A stretch of DNA of 61,542 nucleotides, the filler included. It is 5 parts of 5 records of this genome, joined end to end, with 100 filler letters (N's around TTAATTAATTAA, not from the genome) between each part and the next. Parts side by side here need not be neighbours in the genome. Positions count along the whole stretch, not along the records: positions 18,389 to 28,582 come from SRR31156797_17865; positions 28,683 to 44,992 come from SRR31156797_17871; 3 more parts are not named here. One strand, written 5' to 3'. This document shows, in pieces, positions 20,087 to 31,032 of the stretch. The translations under genes and the position numbers were made by a program. Position 1 is the stretch's first letter, and every line of letters begins with the position of its first letter. The notes under the pieces were generated by a model. That model was not told the origin of the DNA. It saw only the letters and a program-made list of their open reading frames with translations, and did no database searches.

Positions 20087-20569
20087 TTAGATGTCAAGGT
20101 TCCAGAGTTTATCCCCTACGTAATGGATGGATTTTACTCCTTTTCCTTTATTTCCTTTCATCTCTGCACCTGGTATGAGGGCAGTTCCGATTGCCAGGGG
20201 TTTACCATGAGCTTCTTCAATAATAATCACAGGATCATTCTCTTTTATCTCCGGGTCAGCATTAACTATTCCAGGGCACATGATATCAGCACCGTTCACC
20301 ACAAAGCGTACGGCTCCTGAATCCACTGTTACCACATTTTTCTTCAGGTTCAGTTTAAGAGCACCTTTTACAGTAGGGAAATAAAAACCGTTAATCTGGA
20401 ACAGCAGTGGTTCACTGTCAACAAGTACTAGAGACAGGTCATCTATGTTTGCCGTTTCAAACTTGCTTTTTGAAAGTTGCTTTACCGCTTCACCAAAAAT
20501 AGACTCAATATCACTCAAAAGCTGGTTTTTTGCTGATTTTCTTAGCTGGACTCTGGATTTTATTTTCAA
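20087..20569 (-). CDS. pre-PUA/PUA RNA-binding protein
   Basis: VDSGAVRFVVNGADIMCPGI, HYVGDKLW; SD AGGTGA before TTG. Confidence 0.9.
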   Translation of the reverse strand: MKIKSRVQLRKSAKNQLLSDIESIFGEAVKQLSKSKFETANIDDLSLVLVDSEPLLFQINGFYFPTVKGALKLNLKKNVVTVDSGAVRFVVNGADIMCPGIVNADPEIKENDPVIIIEEAHGKPLAIGTALIPGAEMKGNKGKGVKSIHYVGDKLWNLDI

Positions 20570-20724
20570 CTAATCACCTGTCAGACAGATATGTGTTTGT
20601 TGATCGTTATTGGATTATTAATGATACCTTCGCAGTAATAAAATAAGCTGCGGATGCTTTTAAAGTTTGTGTGGTTAGCACCTGTAAAGCATCCGTACAT
20701 ATTAGCTTACACTTACACCTATAC

Positions 20725-23316
20725 TTATCTTACAATAACAACCGGTACTCCGCCAATATCAAGAACATCAACAGCTCTTCCTGCAGAGACAACTTCCTTT
20801 TCGACTTCCACGCATTCAGGTTCAAGTTCAAGGGTTTCGCCATTAACGCTTACAGTAATCTTACCCTTTGAAATCTCATCTGCGATCTTCTTTGGATTCT
20901 CTTCTGTCAGCGCGTTGATTATATCCTTTGCCTGTCCTCTGAATTTAGGACCGATTATTCCCATGTTTGGTTTAACATTTACAGGAACGTGTTCAAAGTC
21001 AGGCTCACCGGCAATAACCTCTACTGGGGAGTTAGTAGCTCCAAGCACATCTGTTATGTCTGCAAGGGTGCCATAAATCTCTATTTTTTCAAGCGGAGCG
21101 TTAAGTGCCATGCCATGCTCGGACTTATATCTCCTGACATTGCTTGCAATTTCTTTTATGAACTCTCCGGCTTTCTCGATATCATCACTTATGAGAGCCT
21201 CTGAAGCCTCTGGCCATGACTGCACGTGTACACTGCCCTCTCCTATGCGGGAATACATTTCCTCTGTAAAGAACGGCGCAAATGGTGCAAGCATACGTGA
21301 AAGTGCATCAATAGCCATGTGTAATGTATACCTTGCAGCTTTCTTTCCAGTCTCGTCATCACCATAGAGACGTGCCTTTACAAGTTCGATATAGTTGTCT
21401 GCAAGGACATCCCACGTAAATCCTCTTACAGCCTTGAATGCCTCATCAAACTGGTATGCTTCCATTGATTCGGTCACTGATTTTATAAGCCTGTTAAGAT
21501 TACTGAGCAACCATCTGTCAACGATCTTAAGCTCATTGACATCCATATCGCTGTGTTCATATTCCTCAAGATGGGACATGCTGAACCTGTAGATACTCCA
21601 CATCTTTGCGAAGAATCTGGATGCGGAAACCACATCTTTCCAGCGGAACATTACGTCAGATCCTGGTGAACCGCCAATGGCAGCCCATTGCCTGAATGAG
21701 TCGGCGCTGTAGTCCTTGATGACCTCTTCCGGTGAGATAACGTTACCAAGTGATTTGCTCATCTTGTGACCGTCCTCACCAAGAACCATACCATTGATCA
21801 GTATGGAATCCCATGGCCTCTTACCCTGGATTGCCATGGATCTGAGTATTGTGTAGAATGACCATGTTCTGATAATATCATGGCCCTGTGGACGAAGCTG
21901 GGTTGGCAGCCTCATCTCATGATCGGTAAGCCAGCCGGATACGTGCAGGGCGGTGATGGATGAGTCCATCCATGTATCAAGGACATCTTCCTCTGCCTCA
22001 AATTCAGTGCATCCGCAGGTACATGCTTCCGGAGGTTGCTGTGTTGTCGGGTCTATTGGCATCCATTCTTCCTTTGCCACCATTACCTTGTCACATTCCT
22101 TGCAGTACCAGACAGGTATCGGGGTTGCAAAGAGTCTCTGGCGGGATATGCACCAGTCCCATTCCATTGTATTGTTCCAGTTGTCAAGCCTGACCTTCAT
22201 GTACTCAGGCAGCCATTCGATTTCATTTGCAGCCTTTGCTATCTCGTCATTATCAATTTTGATGAACCACTGGCGTTCGGAAAGAATCTCAATTGGAGTA
22301 TCACATCTCCAGCATTTACCAACATTCTGTTCGAGTGGTTTCTGCTCAATGAGATGGCCTTCTGTTTTCAAGTCTTCGATGATCGCCTGCTTACATTCCG
22401 GAATGCTCATTCCCTTGTACTTGCCTGCAATCTCGGTCATCTTACCGTTCTTATCAATAGCCTTGCGCAGTGGGAGGCCATGTTCTATCCACCATCTGAC
22501 ATCCTGCTTATCACCGAAAGTACAGATCATTACCGCGCCGGTACCAAACTCGGGATCTACATCCTTGTCGCCGATTACTTTTACATCGTGTCCGAAAAGA
22601 GGCACCTTAACGCTTGAACCAAGAGTTTCTTTATAGCGCTCGTCCTCCGGGTTAATGGCAACAGCGACACATGCTGCAAGCAATTCAGGTCTGCTTGTCG
22701 CGATCTCAAGCCCGTCAAAATGGAGATAATTGAGCTTTGTTTCTCTGGAATCGTATTCAACCTCTGCAAAAGCAATGGCAGTTTCACATCTTGGGCACCA
22801 GTTAACAGGATGTTCGGATTGGTAGAGGCGATCCATATCGTACATTTTCCTGAAAGATATCTGTGTCTTGGAATAGTATTCAGGTTCCATTGTTACAAAC
22901 TCGTTACTCCAGTCAGTGGAGAAACCGAGGTTTAACATGGTCTGTCTCATTTTTTCGATGTTACCGACTGTAAGTTCACGACACATGTTCCTGAATTCTT
23001 CCCTTGGAACTTCGTTCTTGGTTATGCCGTGAATCTCCTCTACTTTTACTTCAGTAGGAAGGCCGTGACAGTCCCAGCCCTGTGGGAACATCACATTAAA
23101 TCCGCACATACGCTTGTATCTTGCAACAAAATCAATGTAACACCAGTTAAGTGAGTTACCGATATGGAAATTTCCTGTAGGATATGGTGGTGGAGTATCT
23201 ATTATGTACTGGGGTCTGCTATTATCTTTCCAGTCAAAATGATACATGGACATATTCCATGAATCACGCCATTTAGGCTCTATTATATGTGGGTCATATT
23301 CTTTTGGAACGGTCAT
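20725..23316 (-). CDS. valS: valine--tRNA ligase (archaeal type)
   Basis: [13 protein letters not shown] (HIGH), [20 protein letters not shown]. Confidence 0.95.
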   Translation of the reverse strand: MTVPKEYDPHIIEPKWRDSWNMSMYHFDWKDNSRPQYIIDTPPPYPTGNFHIGNSLNWCYIDFVARYKRMCGFNVMFPQGWDCHGLPTEVKVEEIHGITKNEVPREEFRNMCRELTVGNIEKMRQTMLNLGFSTDWSNEFVTMEPEYYSKTQISFRKMYDMDRLYQSEHPVNWCPRCETAIAFAEVEYDSRETKLNYLHFDGLEIATSRPELLAACVAVAINPEDERYKETLGSSVKVPLFGHDVKVIGDKDVDPEFGTGAVMICTFGDKQDVRWWIEHGLPLRKAIDKNGKMTEIAGKYKGMSIPECKQAIIEDLKTEGHLIEQKPLEQNVGKCWRCDTPIEILSERQWFIKIDNDEIAKAANEIEWLPEYMKVRLDNWNNTMEWDWCISRQRLFATPIPVWYCKECDKVMVAKEEWMPIDPTTQQPPEACTCGCTEFEAEEDVLDTWMDSSITALHVSGWLTDHEMRLPTQLRPQGHDIIRTWSFYTILRSMAIQGKRPWDSILINGMVLGEDGHKMSKSLGNVISPEEVIKDYSADSFRQWAAIGGSPGSDVMFRWKDVVSASRFFAKMWSIYRFSMSHLEEYEHSDMDVNELKIVDRWLLSNLNRLIKSVTESMEAYQFDEAFKAVRGFTWDVLADNYIELVKARLYGDDETGKKAARYTLHMAIDALSRMLAPFAPFFTEEMYSRIGEGSVHVQSWPEASEALISDDIEKAGEFIKEIASNVRRYKSEHGMALNAPLEKIEIYGTLADITDVLGATNSPVEVIAGEPDFEHVPVNVKPNMGIIGPKFRGQAKDIINALTEENPKKIADEISKGKITVSVNGETLELEPECVEVEKEVVSAGRAVDVLDIGGVPVVIVR

Positions 23317-23846
23317 CGTGACTCTCCCGATAAGTATAATGCATTAATATAGTGATTGTGTTTTTATCCTAAGTGGTGTTAGGTTATATAAAGTATCTGG
23401 TTAGGTGTAATAAAGGCTACAGGAAAGCTGATACGGTTGTAAGATACAGGTGAAAATGTCGGGTAAAAGCAGGTTTATTTATTATTGCTATAAGAGAGGC
23501 TGTCCCTGTACAAAGAGTATCTTGCAGAAAACTCTTTTCGGAATAGGAGTCATTGGTGTACGATTGAAAGCAAACATTTCCTTGACGAATGGGTGATGAT
23601 ACCGTCGGGAACATATGCCACTACCCCGTCCGACTTGTGCCATGGAACAGCCAATTTAGGTGACGGGAAATTACTATATCAACTTTACGATTTGATCTTC
23701 TGATAGTGATTTTATATTAATAAAAAGATTATAACAGTATTTCCATATTCCCAATAAAAATATCAGGAAACCGAAAACACTTTATACAAATCTACGCCAT
23801 TTTATGAAGGGGAGGCAGACGAGTAGTCGTTAAGGTGAGGTGAATA

Positions 23847-24197
23847 ATGACCAGGAAAGTAGCTGTTTTTGCATTTAACGGAGAAGAGATGTGTTTTGTC
23901 CACTCCCTGATGAATGCACTTGACATGAAAGAGAAAGGTTATGATGTAAAACTGGTGATCGAAGGTTCTGCAACCCGCCTTGTTAAAGAGGCAGAGGGCG
24001 AGAAACGACCCTTCACCAGCCTTTATGAAAAAGCAAAGGATGCCGGACTGATAGATTGCGTCTGTAGAGCATGTGCATCCAAAATGGAAAGTCTTGAAAG
24101 CGCAAAGCAACAGGATCTACCATTATGTGATGAGATGTTCGGACATCCCAGCATGGCAAGATATATTGATGAAGGCTACGAGATCATCGTAGTCTGA
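23847..24197 (+). CDS. DsrE-family protein
   Basis: SD GAGGTGA; AFNGEEMCFVH...IEG...CVCRAC...GHPS. Confidence 0.8.
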   Translation: MTRKVAVFAFNGEEMCFVHSLMNALDMKEKGYDVKLVIEGSATRLVKEAEGEKRPFTSLYEKAKDAGLIDCVCRACASKMESLESAKQQDLPLCDEMFGHPSMARYIDEGYEIIVV

Positions 24198-24224
24198 TCA
24201 CCAAAACAAGAATGGAGAAATGAA

Positions 24225-24737
24225 ATGATAAGTGAGAAGATGACAGAAGCCCTAAACGGGCAGATCAACAAAGAGATGTATTCTGCATATCTCTACATGG
24301 ACATGTCCGCCCACTGTACCTACACAGGACTCAATGGCTTTGCTAACTGGTTCATGGTACAGTATGAGGAAGAGATGAGCCATGCCATGAAGATATACAA
24401 CTACGTTAACGATCAGGGTGAAAAGGTCATCCTTGATGCCATCGAGAAACCACCGGAAGACTTCGGTACTCCATTAGAGATGTTCGAGGCAACATTGAAA
24501 CATGAACAGTTCATCACAAAGTCCATCCATGAACTGGTAGACCTTGCAAATGAAGAAAAGGATTATGCAACCCAGATATTCCTCCAGTGGTTTGTTACAG
24601 AACAGATCGAGGAAGAAGCAAATGATAATGAACTGATAGCCAAGCTCAAACTTGTCGGTGAAGATGGAAATGGTCTTTTCATGCTTGACAAGGAACTTGA
24701 AGCAAGAGCATTTACTCCTCCTGCAAAGGAAGAGTAA
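24225..24737 (+). CDS. ftnA: non-heme ferritin
   Basis: QINKEMYSAYLY, EEEMSHA, HEQFIT, LQWFVTEQIEEE ferroxidase residues. Confidence 0.95.
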   Translation: MISEKMTEALNGQINKEMYSAYLYMDMSAHCTYTGLNGFANWFMVQYEEEMSHAMKIYNYVNDQGEKVILDAIEKPPEDFGTPLEMFEATLKHEQFITKSIHELVDLANEEKDYATQIFLQWFVTEQIEEEANDNELIAKLKLVGEDGNGLFMLDKELEARAFTPPAKEE

Positions 24738-24767
24738 TTTAAACCAACTAACTTACAAGGTGAAAAT

Positions 24768-25118
24768 ATGGAATTCGGCGAAATACTCAAAGGAAAGGAT
24801 GTTGAAGGTAAAGAAAAGCATGTTCCTGTAATAGACATTATCAGGGCACATGGGCATGCAAAGGAAGACTATGTACGTGTAATTGTAGGAAAGGAAGTGC
24901 CACATCCAAACACTGTGGAGCATCATATCTCATGGGTAGAACTCTATGGTACTACTAAGGAAGGAAAAGTTATTAACCTCGGAAAAATGACATTTGAGCC
25001 GGTGCACACTAATCCGACTGCCAGTTTCCACGTTAACAACATTGGTGACTTCAAGTCATTCTGCGCACTTGAATATTGTAATGTTCACGGTGTCTGGCAA
25101 AACTGTCTGGAAGTCTGA
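24768..25118 (+). CDS. sor: superoxide reductase (neelaredoxin / 1Fe-SOR)
   Basis: EKHVP, HPNTVEHHISW and CNVHG iron ligands. Confidence 0.93.
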   Translation: MEFGEILKGKDVEGKEKHVPVIDIIRAHGHAKEDYVRVIVGKEVPHPNTVEHHISWVELYGTTKEGKVINLGKMTFEPVHTNPTASFHVNNIGDFKSFCALEYCNVHGVWQNCLEV

Positions 25119-25143
25119 AAGCAATAATTAAAAATATCTAATT

Positions 25144-25170
25144 TGTGGCACCTGTTGCCACATCTCTTTT
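25144..25170 (+). terminator. hairpin + T-rich tract ending the dsrE-ftn-sor operon
   Basis: TGTGGCA-CCTGT-TGCCACA followed by TCTCTTTT. Confidence 0.55.
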
Positions 25171-25236
25171 ATACGTGTTCATTTTCACCTCTATTATGGT
25201 ATCGTACAATCCTGTAAAAATAATGAGGTGATCTTA

Positions 25237-25338
25237 ATGTTAGCAAAGCTTGTAGCCAAACTGGCATTTCTTACTCTGATAGCCGGGTTTATGGCTTATA
25301 CAATGTTGACTTTCATAGTGCCGTACATGTCCACTTGA
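25237..25338 (+). CDS. 33-aa single-TM small protein (not in ORF track)
   Basis: Strong archaeal SD GAGGTGA just upstream; MLAKLVAKLAFLTLIAGFMAYTMLTFIVPYMST*. Confidence 0.6.
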   Translation: MLAKLVAKLAFLTLIAGFMAYTMLTFIVPYMST

Positions 25339-25377
25339 GCATGAACAAAAGAGAAGAAGAAAAATAAAAAACGAAGG

Positions 25378-26580
25378 TTACTCGAATTCGTCGTAACCTA
25401 TCTCTTCCTTGCTAAGGTAGCATGCCGGGTCATCAGCCCAGACATTTCCATAGACAGATTCGGCTCTTACACGGAAGTTTCCGTTACAGACGTCAAACCA
25501 TTTGCATCTGGCACATCTGTCGGCATTTTCCTTGATAAGTGGCTTGCGATCTTTCAGACCTGCCATAAGTTCATCGTTTATATCTCTCCATATCTCGCTG
25601 AACTTGCGGTCTTTTACGTTTCCGAATGAGTAATGTCTCCAGAACTGGTCCGGATGCACAGATCCATCCCATGAAACACAACCAAAGCCAATTCCTGTTG
25701 AATTACCTCTGTTCATGTTCAGAAGTTCAAGTACCTCTGCAGCTCTTTGCGGGTCTTCTTTGAGAAGACGCAAGTAAATGTAGGGACCATCGCAGTGGTT
25801 ATCCACCGTCAGAACCTCAACCATTTTACCTTTGCTGTGAAGTTCTCTTGTTCTATCTATAAGAAGGTCCACTGTCTGACGACTTTCCTCAAGGGAAAGA
25901 TCCTCATCGATCATTTCCGAGCCACGGCCGGAATATACAAGATGGTAGAAACAGATACGTGGAATGTTCTCTTCTTCCATCAGGTCAAATATTGCAGGGA
26001 TATCCTGAACATTGTGCTTATTGATCGTAAACCTGAGTCCTACTTTGATACCTTCTTTCTGGCAATTATGAAGACCTTCCATTGCCCTGTCAAAGGAACC
26101 TTCTATACCACGGAACTTATCGTTTGTTTCGCGGGTGCCGTCAAGGGATATGCCTACGTAAGAAAGTCCTATCTCCTTGAGTTTTTTTGCCATTTCCGGT
26201 GTGATCATTGTTCCGTTGGTTGAGATCACAGCCCTGATGCCTTTGGATGTGGCATAACCTGCCAGTTCAGGAAGGTCTTTTCTCATAAGAGGTTCTCCTC
26301 CTGAGAACAATATGACCGGGGATCCAAAATCTGCAAGGTTGTCTATGAGCGCTTTACCCTCTTCAAGGGTTAGCTCATTATCATATTCTATATCCTTTGA
26401 ATGTGCATAACAGTGAACACAGCGAAGGTTGCAGCGCTTAGTAACATTCCAGACTACAACTGGTTTTTTATCTTTTGAGAATTGGAGCAGGTGGGATGGA
26501 AGTTTTTTTGAGTCACGCCCGTAGCGAAGTGCATCCGAAGGCTCCACGGTTCTGCAATAGAGTTTTGAAATACCTATCAT
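25378..26580 (-). CDS. ahbC: radical SAM 12,18-didecarboxysiroheme deacetylase (alternative heme b pathway)
   Basis: Characteristic N-terminus MIGISKLYC...HLLQFSKDKKPVVVWN, CNLRCVHC, SPASM cysteines; follows cobA-hemD. Confidence 0.9.
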   Translation of the reverse strand: MIGISKLYCRTVEPSDALRYGRDSKKLPSHLLQFSKDKKPVVVWNVTKRCNLRCVHCYAHSKDIEYDNELTLEEGKALIDNLADFGSPVILFSGGEPLMRKDLPELAGYATSKGIRAVISTNGTMITPEMAKKLKEIGLSYVGISLDGTRETNDKFRGIEGSFDRAMEGLHNCQKEGIKVGLRFTINKHNVQDIPAIFDLMEEENIPRICFYHLVYSGRGSEMIDEDLSLEESRQTVDLLIDRTRELHSKGKMVEVLTVDNHCDGPYIYLRLLKEDPQRAAEVLELLNMNRGNSTGIGFGCVSWDGSVHPDQFWRHYSFGNVKDRKFSEIWRDINDELMAGLKDRKPLIKENADRCARCKWFDVCNGNFRVRAESVYGNVWADDPACYLSKEEIGYDEFE

Positions 26581-26709
26581 TATAAGGACTCCGAAATAAA
26601 AGATTAAAAGAAACTTGTTTTAGTATATGCGAACACCTATACTATCATCCTATATTAGACTATGGTAGTCAGTAATGTTCCATTATTAAAAAATATTCAG
26701 GAATCTTCA

Positions 26710-27498
26710 TTAAAGAATTTCCTGCACTTTTTTAAGTATATCCTCAAATGTAAATTTGCCGGGAGTTACCGATACATCCACCCCATACTCTTCAATGGTT
26801 CGAGCTGTCGGTATGCCTATGGCAGCAACTATGGATTTGTTCATGAGAGCTTTGACTTCTTCCTTAGAGGCCTGTTCTTCAGCAAGCTCAAAGAAGTTGC
26901 GTACCATCATGGAACTTGTAAATGCGAACACATCTATCTCGCCTGCAAGGACTCTTCTTATGAATTCTTTCTGCTCAGTACCTTCCGGTTTTGTAAGGGT
27001 GTAGACCTTAGTCTCATGAATATCAGCTCCGCAGTCCTTCAATCCCTCTATTAGCAGGGTAGAGCCGTAAAAACTCCTTGCTGTGTCGATAACCTTGCCT
27101 TTGATGTCGGGACACAGGTAATCCACAATTCCTTCGGAACTGTATACTCCGGGTATTCCCAACACGTTTATTCCCATTTTTTCCAGTGCTTTGCTGGTTG
27201 TGGGACCTATGGCTACTACCTTTGTGGCATTGAGGGCATCAATGAAGCCGTCTTTGTCATCGATCTTTTCCAGGGTGAAATCAATGCCATTTGCGCTTGT
27301 GAATATGACATAGTCTGATGAACCTGACAGAACTCTTTCAACAAAACCGTCAAAATAATCATCCTTCATTTCAGCAAGTTCAATCATGGGAACGGCCAGT
27401 GCTTCAAATCCCATGGACTCAGCAAGAGCTACGGATTTTTTTAGGTAGCTCTCAGGTCTCATTATTGCAAGTACAGGCTTTTTGACTTGTTCTGCCAT
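26710..27498 (-). CDS. hemD: uroporphyrinogen-III synthase
   Basis: IFTSANG, AIGPTT, FTSSMMV, AIGIPTA. Confidence 0.9.
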   Translation of the reverse strand: MAEQVKKPVLAIMRPESYLKKSVALAESMGFEALAVPMIELAEMKDDYFDGFVERVLSGSSDYVIFTSANGIDFTLEKIDDKDGFIDALNATKVVAIGPTTSKALEKMGINVLGIPGVYSSEGIVDYLCPDIKGKVIDTARSFYGSTLLIEGLKDCGADIHETKVYTLTKPEGTEQKEFIRRVLAGEIDVFAFTSSMMVRNFFELAEEQASKEEVKALMNKSIVAAIGIPTARTIEEYGVDVSVTPGKFTFEDILKKVQEIL

Positions 27499-27509
27499 GC
27501 TTACACCTT

Positions 27510-28277
27510 CTAGTCAAAACTGGCAGGTTTTTGCTCGCCCAGTATCTCATGGAGTGTGACGACAGTGCCAACGATGGTAATTGCAGGAGCTTTTACTCCT
27601 CTTTCCTTTGCAATATCTGCAATGTTCTCAAGTGTTCCAACAGTCACTCTCTGGTCGGGTCTTGTGCCTCTTTCAACAAGTGCAACCGGAGTCTTTGGAT
27701 CCTTGCCGTATTTCATGAGTTCTCCTACGTTTCTGCCAAGCATTTTGACACCCATGAATATTACAATGGTACCATCAAAATTTGCAAGGGTTTCCCAGTC
27801 AAGGGCACTTTCTTCTTTCGTTGGGTCCTCATGTCCTGTTATGAATGTGACCATTGATGCATGGTCCCTGTGGGTTACGGGAATTCCGGCATAAGCAGGA
27901 ACTGCAACAGCAGAGGTGATTCCAGGCACTACTTCAAATTCGATACCTTCGGCGATCAGTTCCTGGGCTTCTTCTCCCCCACGACCGAACATGTAAGGAT
28001 CTCCACCTTTAAGGCGGACTACATTTTTCCCTTCCTTTGCCTTTTGGACGATGACAGCATTAATCTCATCCTGTGTAAGTGTGTGATCACCGGCATGCTT
28101 TCCTGCATCAATTTTCTCAGCACTCTGTGGAATTGAATCAATTATTGCTTTTCCGGGAAGCTGATCGTATACCACAACTTCAACTGTATCAAGCAGCCTG
28201 CGCGCTTTAATTGTTAAGAGTTCAGGGTCCCCCGGACCTGATCCAATCAAGTAGACTTTACCATATTTCTGGGCCAT
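27510..28277 (-). CDS. cobA: uroporphyrinogen-III C-methyltransferase
   Basis: GSGPGDPELLT, RLKGGDPYMFGRGGEE, PGITSA, GIPVTHR. Confidence 0.95.
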   Translation of the reverse strand: MAQKYGKVYLIGSGPGDPELLTIKARRLLDTVEVVVYDQLPGKAIIDSIPQSAEKIDAGKHAGDHTLTQDEINAVIVQKAKEGKNVVRLKGGDPYMFGRGGEEAQELIAEGIEFEVVPGITSAVAVPAYAGIPVTHRDHASMVTFITGHEDPTKEESALDWETLANFDGTIVIFMGVKMLGRNVGELMKYGKDPKTPVALVERGTRPDQRVTVGTLENIADIAKERGVKAPAITIVGTVVTLHEILGEQKPASFD

Positions 28278-28582
28278 ATTTGTGAAATCCTGTTAATCTT
28301 TTTTTAGAATGGTAATGAACTTTCCAACTTATAAATATGCATCGTCCCGTGAATTTTAACAAGAAATTGAAAAGCACGTTGATAGGAAACTAAAGCTAAA
28401 ACAAATTTACTTTATTCCTACAAAACCAAAGCTATATATAAAAAATAAGAATGGCAGAGTAAATCTGACGATAAACCATGCCTTTATATTACGAACTATA
28501 TACGGTCTAACTTTAATACCGCACTACCCACTCACAGGAATTTATTTTTTACTTAATATATAGAACAGCATTTCCCTGTTCA

Positions 28583-28682
28583 NNNNNNNNNNNNNNNNNN
28601 NNNNNNNNNNNNNNNNNNNNNNNNNNTTAATTAATTAANNNNNNNNNNNNNNNNNNNNNNNNNNNNNNNNNNNNNNNNNNNN
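28583..28682. other. artificial contig-join spacer
   Basis: N44-TTAATTAATTAA-N44. Confidence 0.99.
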
Positions 28683-28909
28683 GAAAAATAACCATTTCTG
28701 GACAGGCACTAAATAGTGAAGGGGCTCTGCGCCCCTTCCTCAATCCATGGCGCCATCACCGGAATAATAATTCAATTTCTTCCTTTACTTTTTATCTGTT
28801 ACATGAATATCGCAATGTAATTTACAGACATCCCCTTTAGTTCATCCGTTTTATCCCTGACAGCATAATGATCTGATATTTTTAAGCAAATACACGCCGT
28901 ATAAATTGC

Positions 28910-28964
28910 TTGACACATGTTTGCAATATTTGTTAATTTCCGCCATGAATGAACCGTCATTCAT
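28910..28964 (+). promoter_or_regulatory. sigma70 promoter + FadR(TetR)-type operator of the acyl-CoA dehydrogenase gene
   Basis: TTGACA-18bp(TGn)-TAATTT, then 5 bp, then the inverted repeat ATGAATGA-ACCG-TCATTCAT (28945-28964). Confidence 0.8.
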
Positions 28965-29089
28965 TACAGGGCTGCAGCTTGATTATATAGCAGCCGCGCT
29001 ATATCCAATTTTTAAACCAACCGTATTCAGCGGTGCATACCGAATATGACCGAACGAAACGGAAATACAGAACACGTGGGGTAAGCAAC

Positions 29090-30919
29090 ATGGGAATTAA
29101 CTATTTTCGCAGAGATGACCGTGACATCAAATTTGTGCTCATGGAGCACATGGACATGGAAAAAATTCTGAGTTACGAAGCTTATCAGGATTTTTCAACT
29201 GATGATTTCGGCATGATCATTGATGAAGCTCTCAAGGTCGGCAAGGAAGTTTTGGGGCCGCATAACCAGGAAGGCGATGTTGTCGGCTGCACCTGGGAAG
29301 ACAAGCAGGTCCGCACGCCCAAGCCCTGGAAGGAAATATGGAACACAATGGCCGAAAACGGCTGGATCGGCGCATCCAACAGCCCGGAATTCGGCGGACA
29401 AGGCATGCCCGGCCTGGTCGGCGGCATGATTGGTGAAATTTTCTGCGGCGCCAACATGGCTTTCATGACCTATCCCGGCCTGGCTACGGGAAACGGCCGC
29501 CTTATTGAAAACTTCGGGTCGGATGAAGACAAGGCCCTGTTCTGCGAAAAAATGTACACGGGAGTCTGGGGCGGCACCATGTGCCTGACCGAGCCGGACG
29601 CAGGTTCCGACGTCGGCCATCTCAGGACAAAAGCCACGCCGGATCCCGATTCGGACGATCCCCGCGTTTACAAAATTGAAGGAACAAAACGCTTTATCAC
29701 CTGCGGCGAACAAGACCTGACCGAAAACATAATCCACCTGGTTTTGGCCCGCATCGAAGGCGCCCCCCAGGGCACAAAGGGCATCAGTCTCTTTATCGTT
29801 CCCAAAATCTGGGTAAATCCCGACGGCAGCATGGGTGAGCCTAACGATATGTTCTGTGAAGGCATCGAGCACAAAATGGGCATCCACGGTTCGGCCACGG
29901 CTTCGCTCAACTTTGGCGAAAACGGCAAATGCCGCGGCATCCTGCTGGGCGAGCCCAATTCCGGTATGGCCCAGATGTTCCAGATGATGAACGAAGCCCG
30001 GGTCGGCTGCGGTATGCAGGGCCTGGCTCTGGCGGCTTCAGCTTACGATACGGCCCGCTTTTACGCCAAGGAAAGGGTTCAGGGACCTCCTTTCACCGAC
30101 CGCAACGCCGACAGGGTTCCGATCATCCAGCATGAAGACGTGCGCCGCATGCTCATGAACCTGAAAGCCGGCACCGAAGCCATGCGGGCCCTGATGGCCA
30201 AAATTTTCTACGTAATGGATGTTGCTCATCACGATCCCGACGAAGAAACCAGGCAGCAGGCCAAGTATCAGGAAGAGCTTCTCACCCCTCTGGTCAAGGC
30301 GTACAACACCGACTTTAGCTACAACCTCATCCGCGACGCCATCCAGATTCTTGGCGGCGTGGGATACTGCGCCGAATTTCCGGTCGAACAGTACGCCCGC
30401 GACGTGAAGATCATTGCCATATGGGAAGGCACAAACTTCATCCAGTCCCTGGACCTCGTCGGCCGCAAGCTCAACATGGACGGCGGAAAAGTCTTCCAGA
30501 ACTGGATCCAGGAAGTCATGGATTTCACCAGCGAACACAAGGAAGATGAAGACTTCCAGAAAGATATGAAGCTTCTTTTCAAGGGCGCCCAGGCTGTAGG
30601 CGACTTCGCCATGAAATACATGCAGTATTTCCAGGAAGGGAAACTGCACCTGATACCCTTGAGTTCAACCCGCTTCCTGGACTGCTTCTCCGAAGTCGTC
30701 ATGGCCCATCTCATGCTGGAACAGGGCCTGATTGCCAGGAAAAGACTAGCGGAAGTCGACGAAGGTTCATCGGACGCCATTTTCTACCAGGGCAAGATTG
30801 CCTCGGCCAAATACTTCTGCCGCAACATCCTGGTAAACGTATTTTCGCGCCATGTCGCTCTGCAGCAGGAAGACGCTTCCGCAGTAGAAATACCCGAAGA
30901 AGCTTTCTTGTTTGTCTAA
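29090..30919 (+). CDS. acyl-CoA dehydrogenase (long FadE5-like)
   Basis: TMCLTEPDAGSD, GTKRFIT, EHKMGIHGS, IWEGTNFIQSLDL. Confidence 0.95.
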   Translation: MGINYFRRDDRDIKFVLMEHMDMEKILSYEAYQDFSTDDFGMIIDEALKVGKEVLGPHNQEGDVVGCTWEDKQVRTPKPWKEIWNTMAENGWIGASNSPEFGGQGMPGLVGGMIGEIFCGANMAFMTYPGLATGNGRLIENFGSDEDKALFCEKMYTGVWGGTMCLTEPDAGSDVGHLRTKATPDPDSDDPRVYKIEGTKRFITCGEQDLTENIIHLVLARIEGAPQGTKGISLFIVPKIWVNPDGSMGEPNDMFCEGIEHKMGIHGSATASLNFGENGKCRGILLGEPNSGMAQMFQMMNEARVGCGMQGLALAASAYDTARFYAKERVQGPPFTDRNADRVPIIQHEDVRRMLMNLKAGTEAMRALMAKIFYVMDVAHHDPDEETRQQAKYQEELLTPLVKAYNTDFSYNLIRDAIQILGGVGYCAEFPVEQYARDVKIIAIWEGTNFIQSLDLVGRKLNMDGGKVFQNWIQEVMDFTSEHKEDEDFQKDMKLLFKGAQAVGDFAMKYMQYFQEGKLHLIPLSSTRFLDCFSEVVMAHLMLEQGLIARKRLAEVDEGSSDAIFYQGKIASAKYFCRNILVNVFSRHVALQQEDASAVEIPEEAFLFV

Positions 30920-30938
30920 GAAATAGTCTTGTTACGAT

Positions 30939-30974
30939 AAAGGCCGGAGGGTTTTAAGCCCTTCGGCCTTTTTT
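30939..30974 (+). terminator. rho-independent terminator (possibly bidirectional)
   Basis: AAAGGCCGGAGGG...CCCTTCGGCCTTTTTT between convergent genes. Confidence 0.85.
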
Positions 30975-31032
30975 CTTTCGAAAGATAATATGAAGTCCCA
31001 ACGCACCAACTTTGCCAGCGCCCCGGCCGGAT

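Noticed and set aside
23417-23643. Small ORFs or pyrrolysine read-through in the valS upstream spacer
   Set aside because: No SD or family signature; a TAG is followed almost at once by TAA
18389-28582. Archaeal genes inside bacterial DNA as a genomic island
   Set aside because: Bounded by synthetic N/TTAATTAATTAA spacers; separate contig
28683-28738. Possible IS/MITE end and hairpin GAAGGGG/CCCCTTC at the start of contig C
   Set aside because: No partner repeat or transposase in the window
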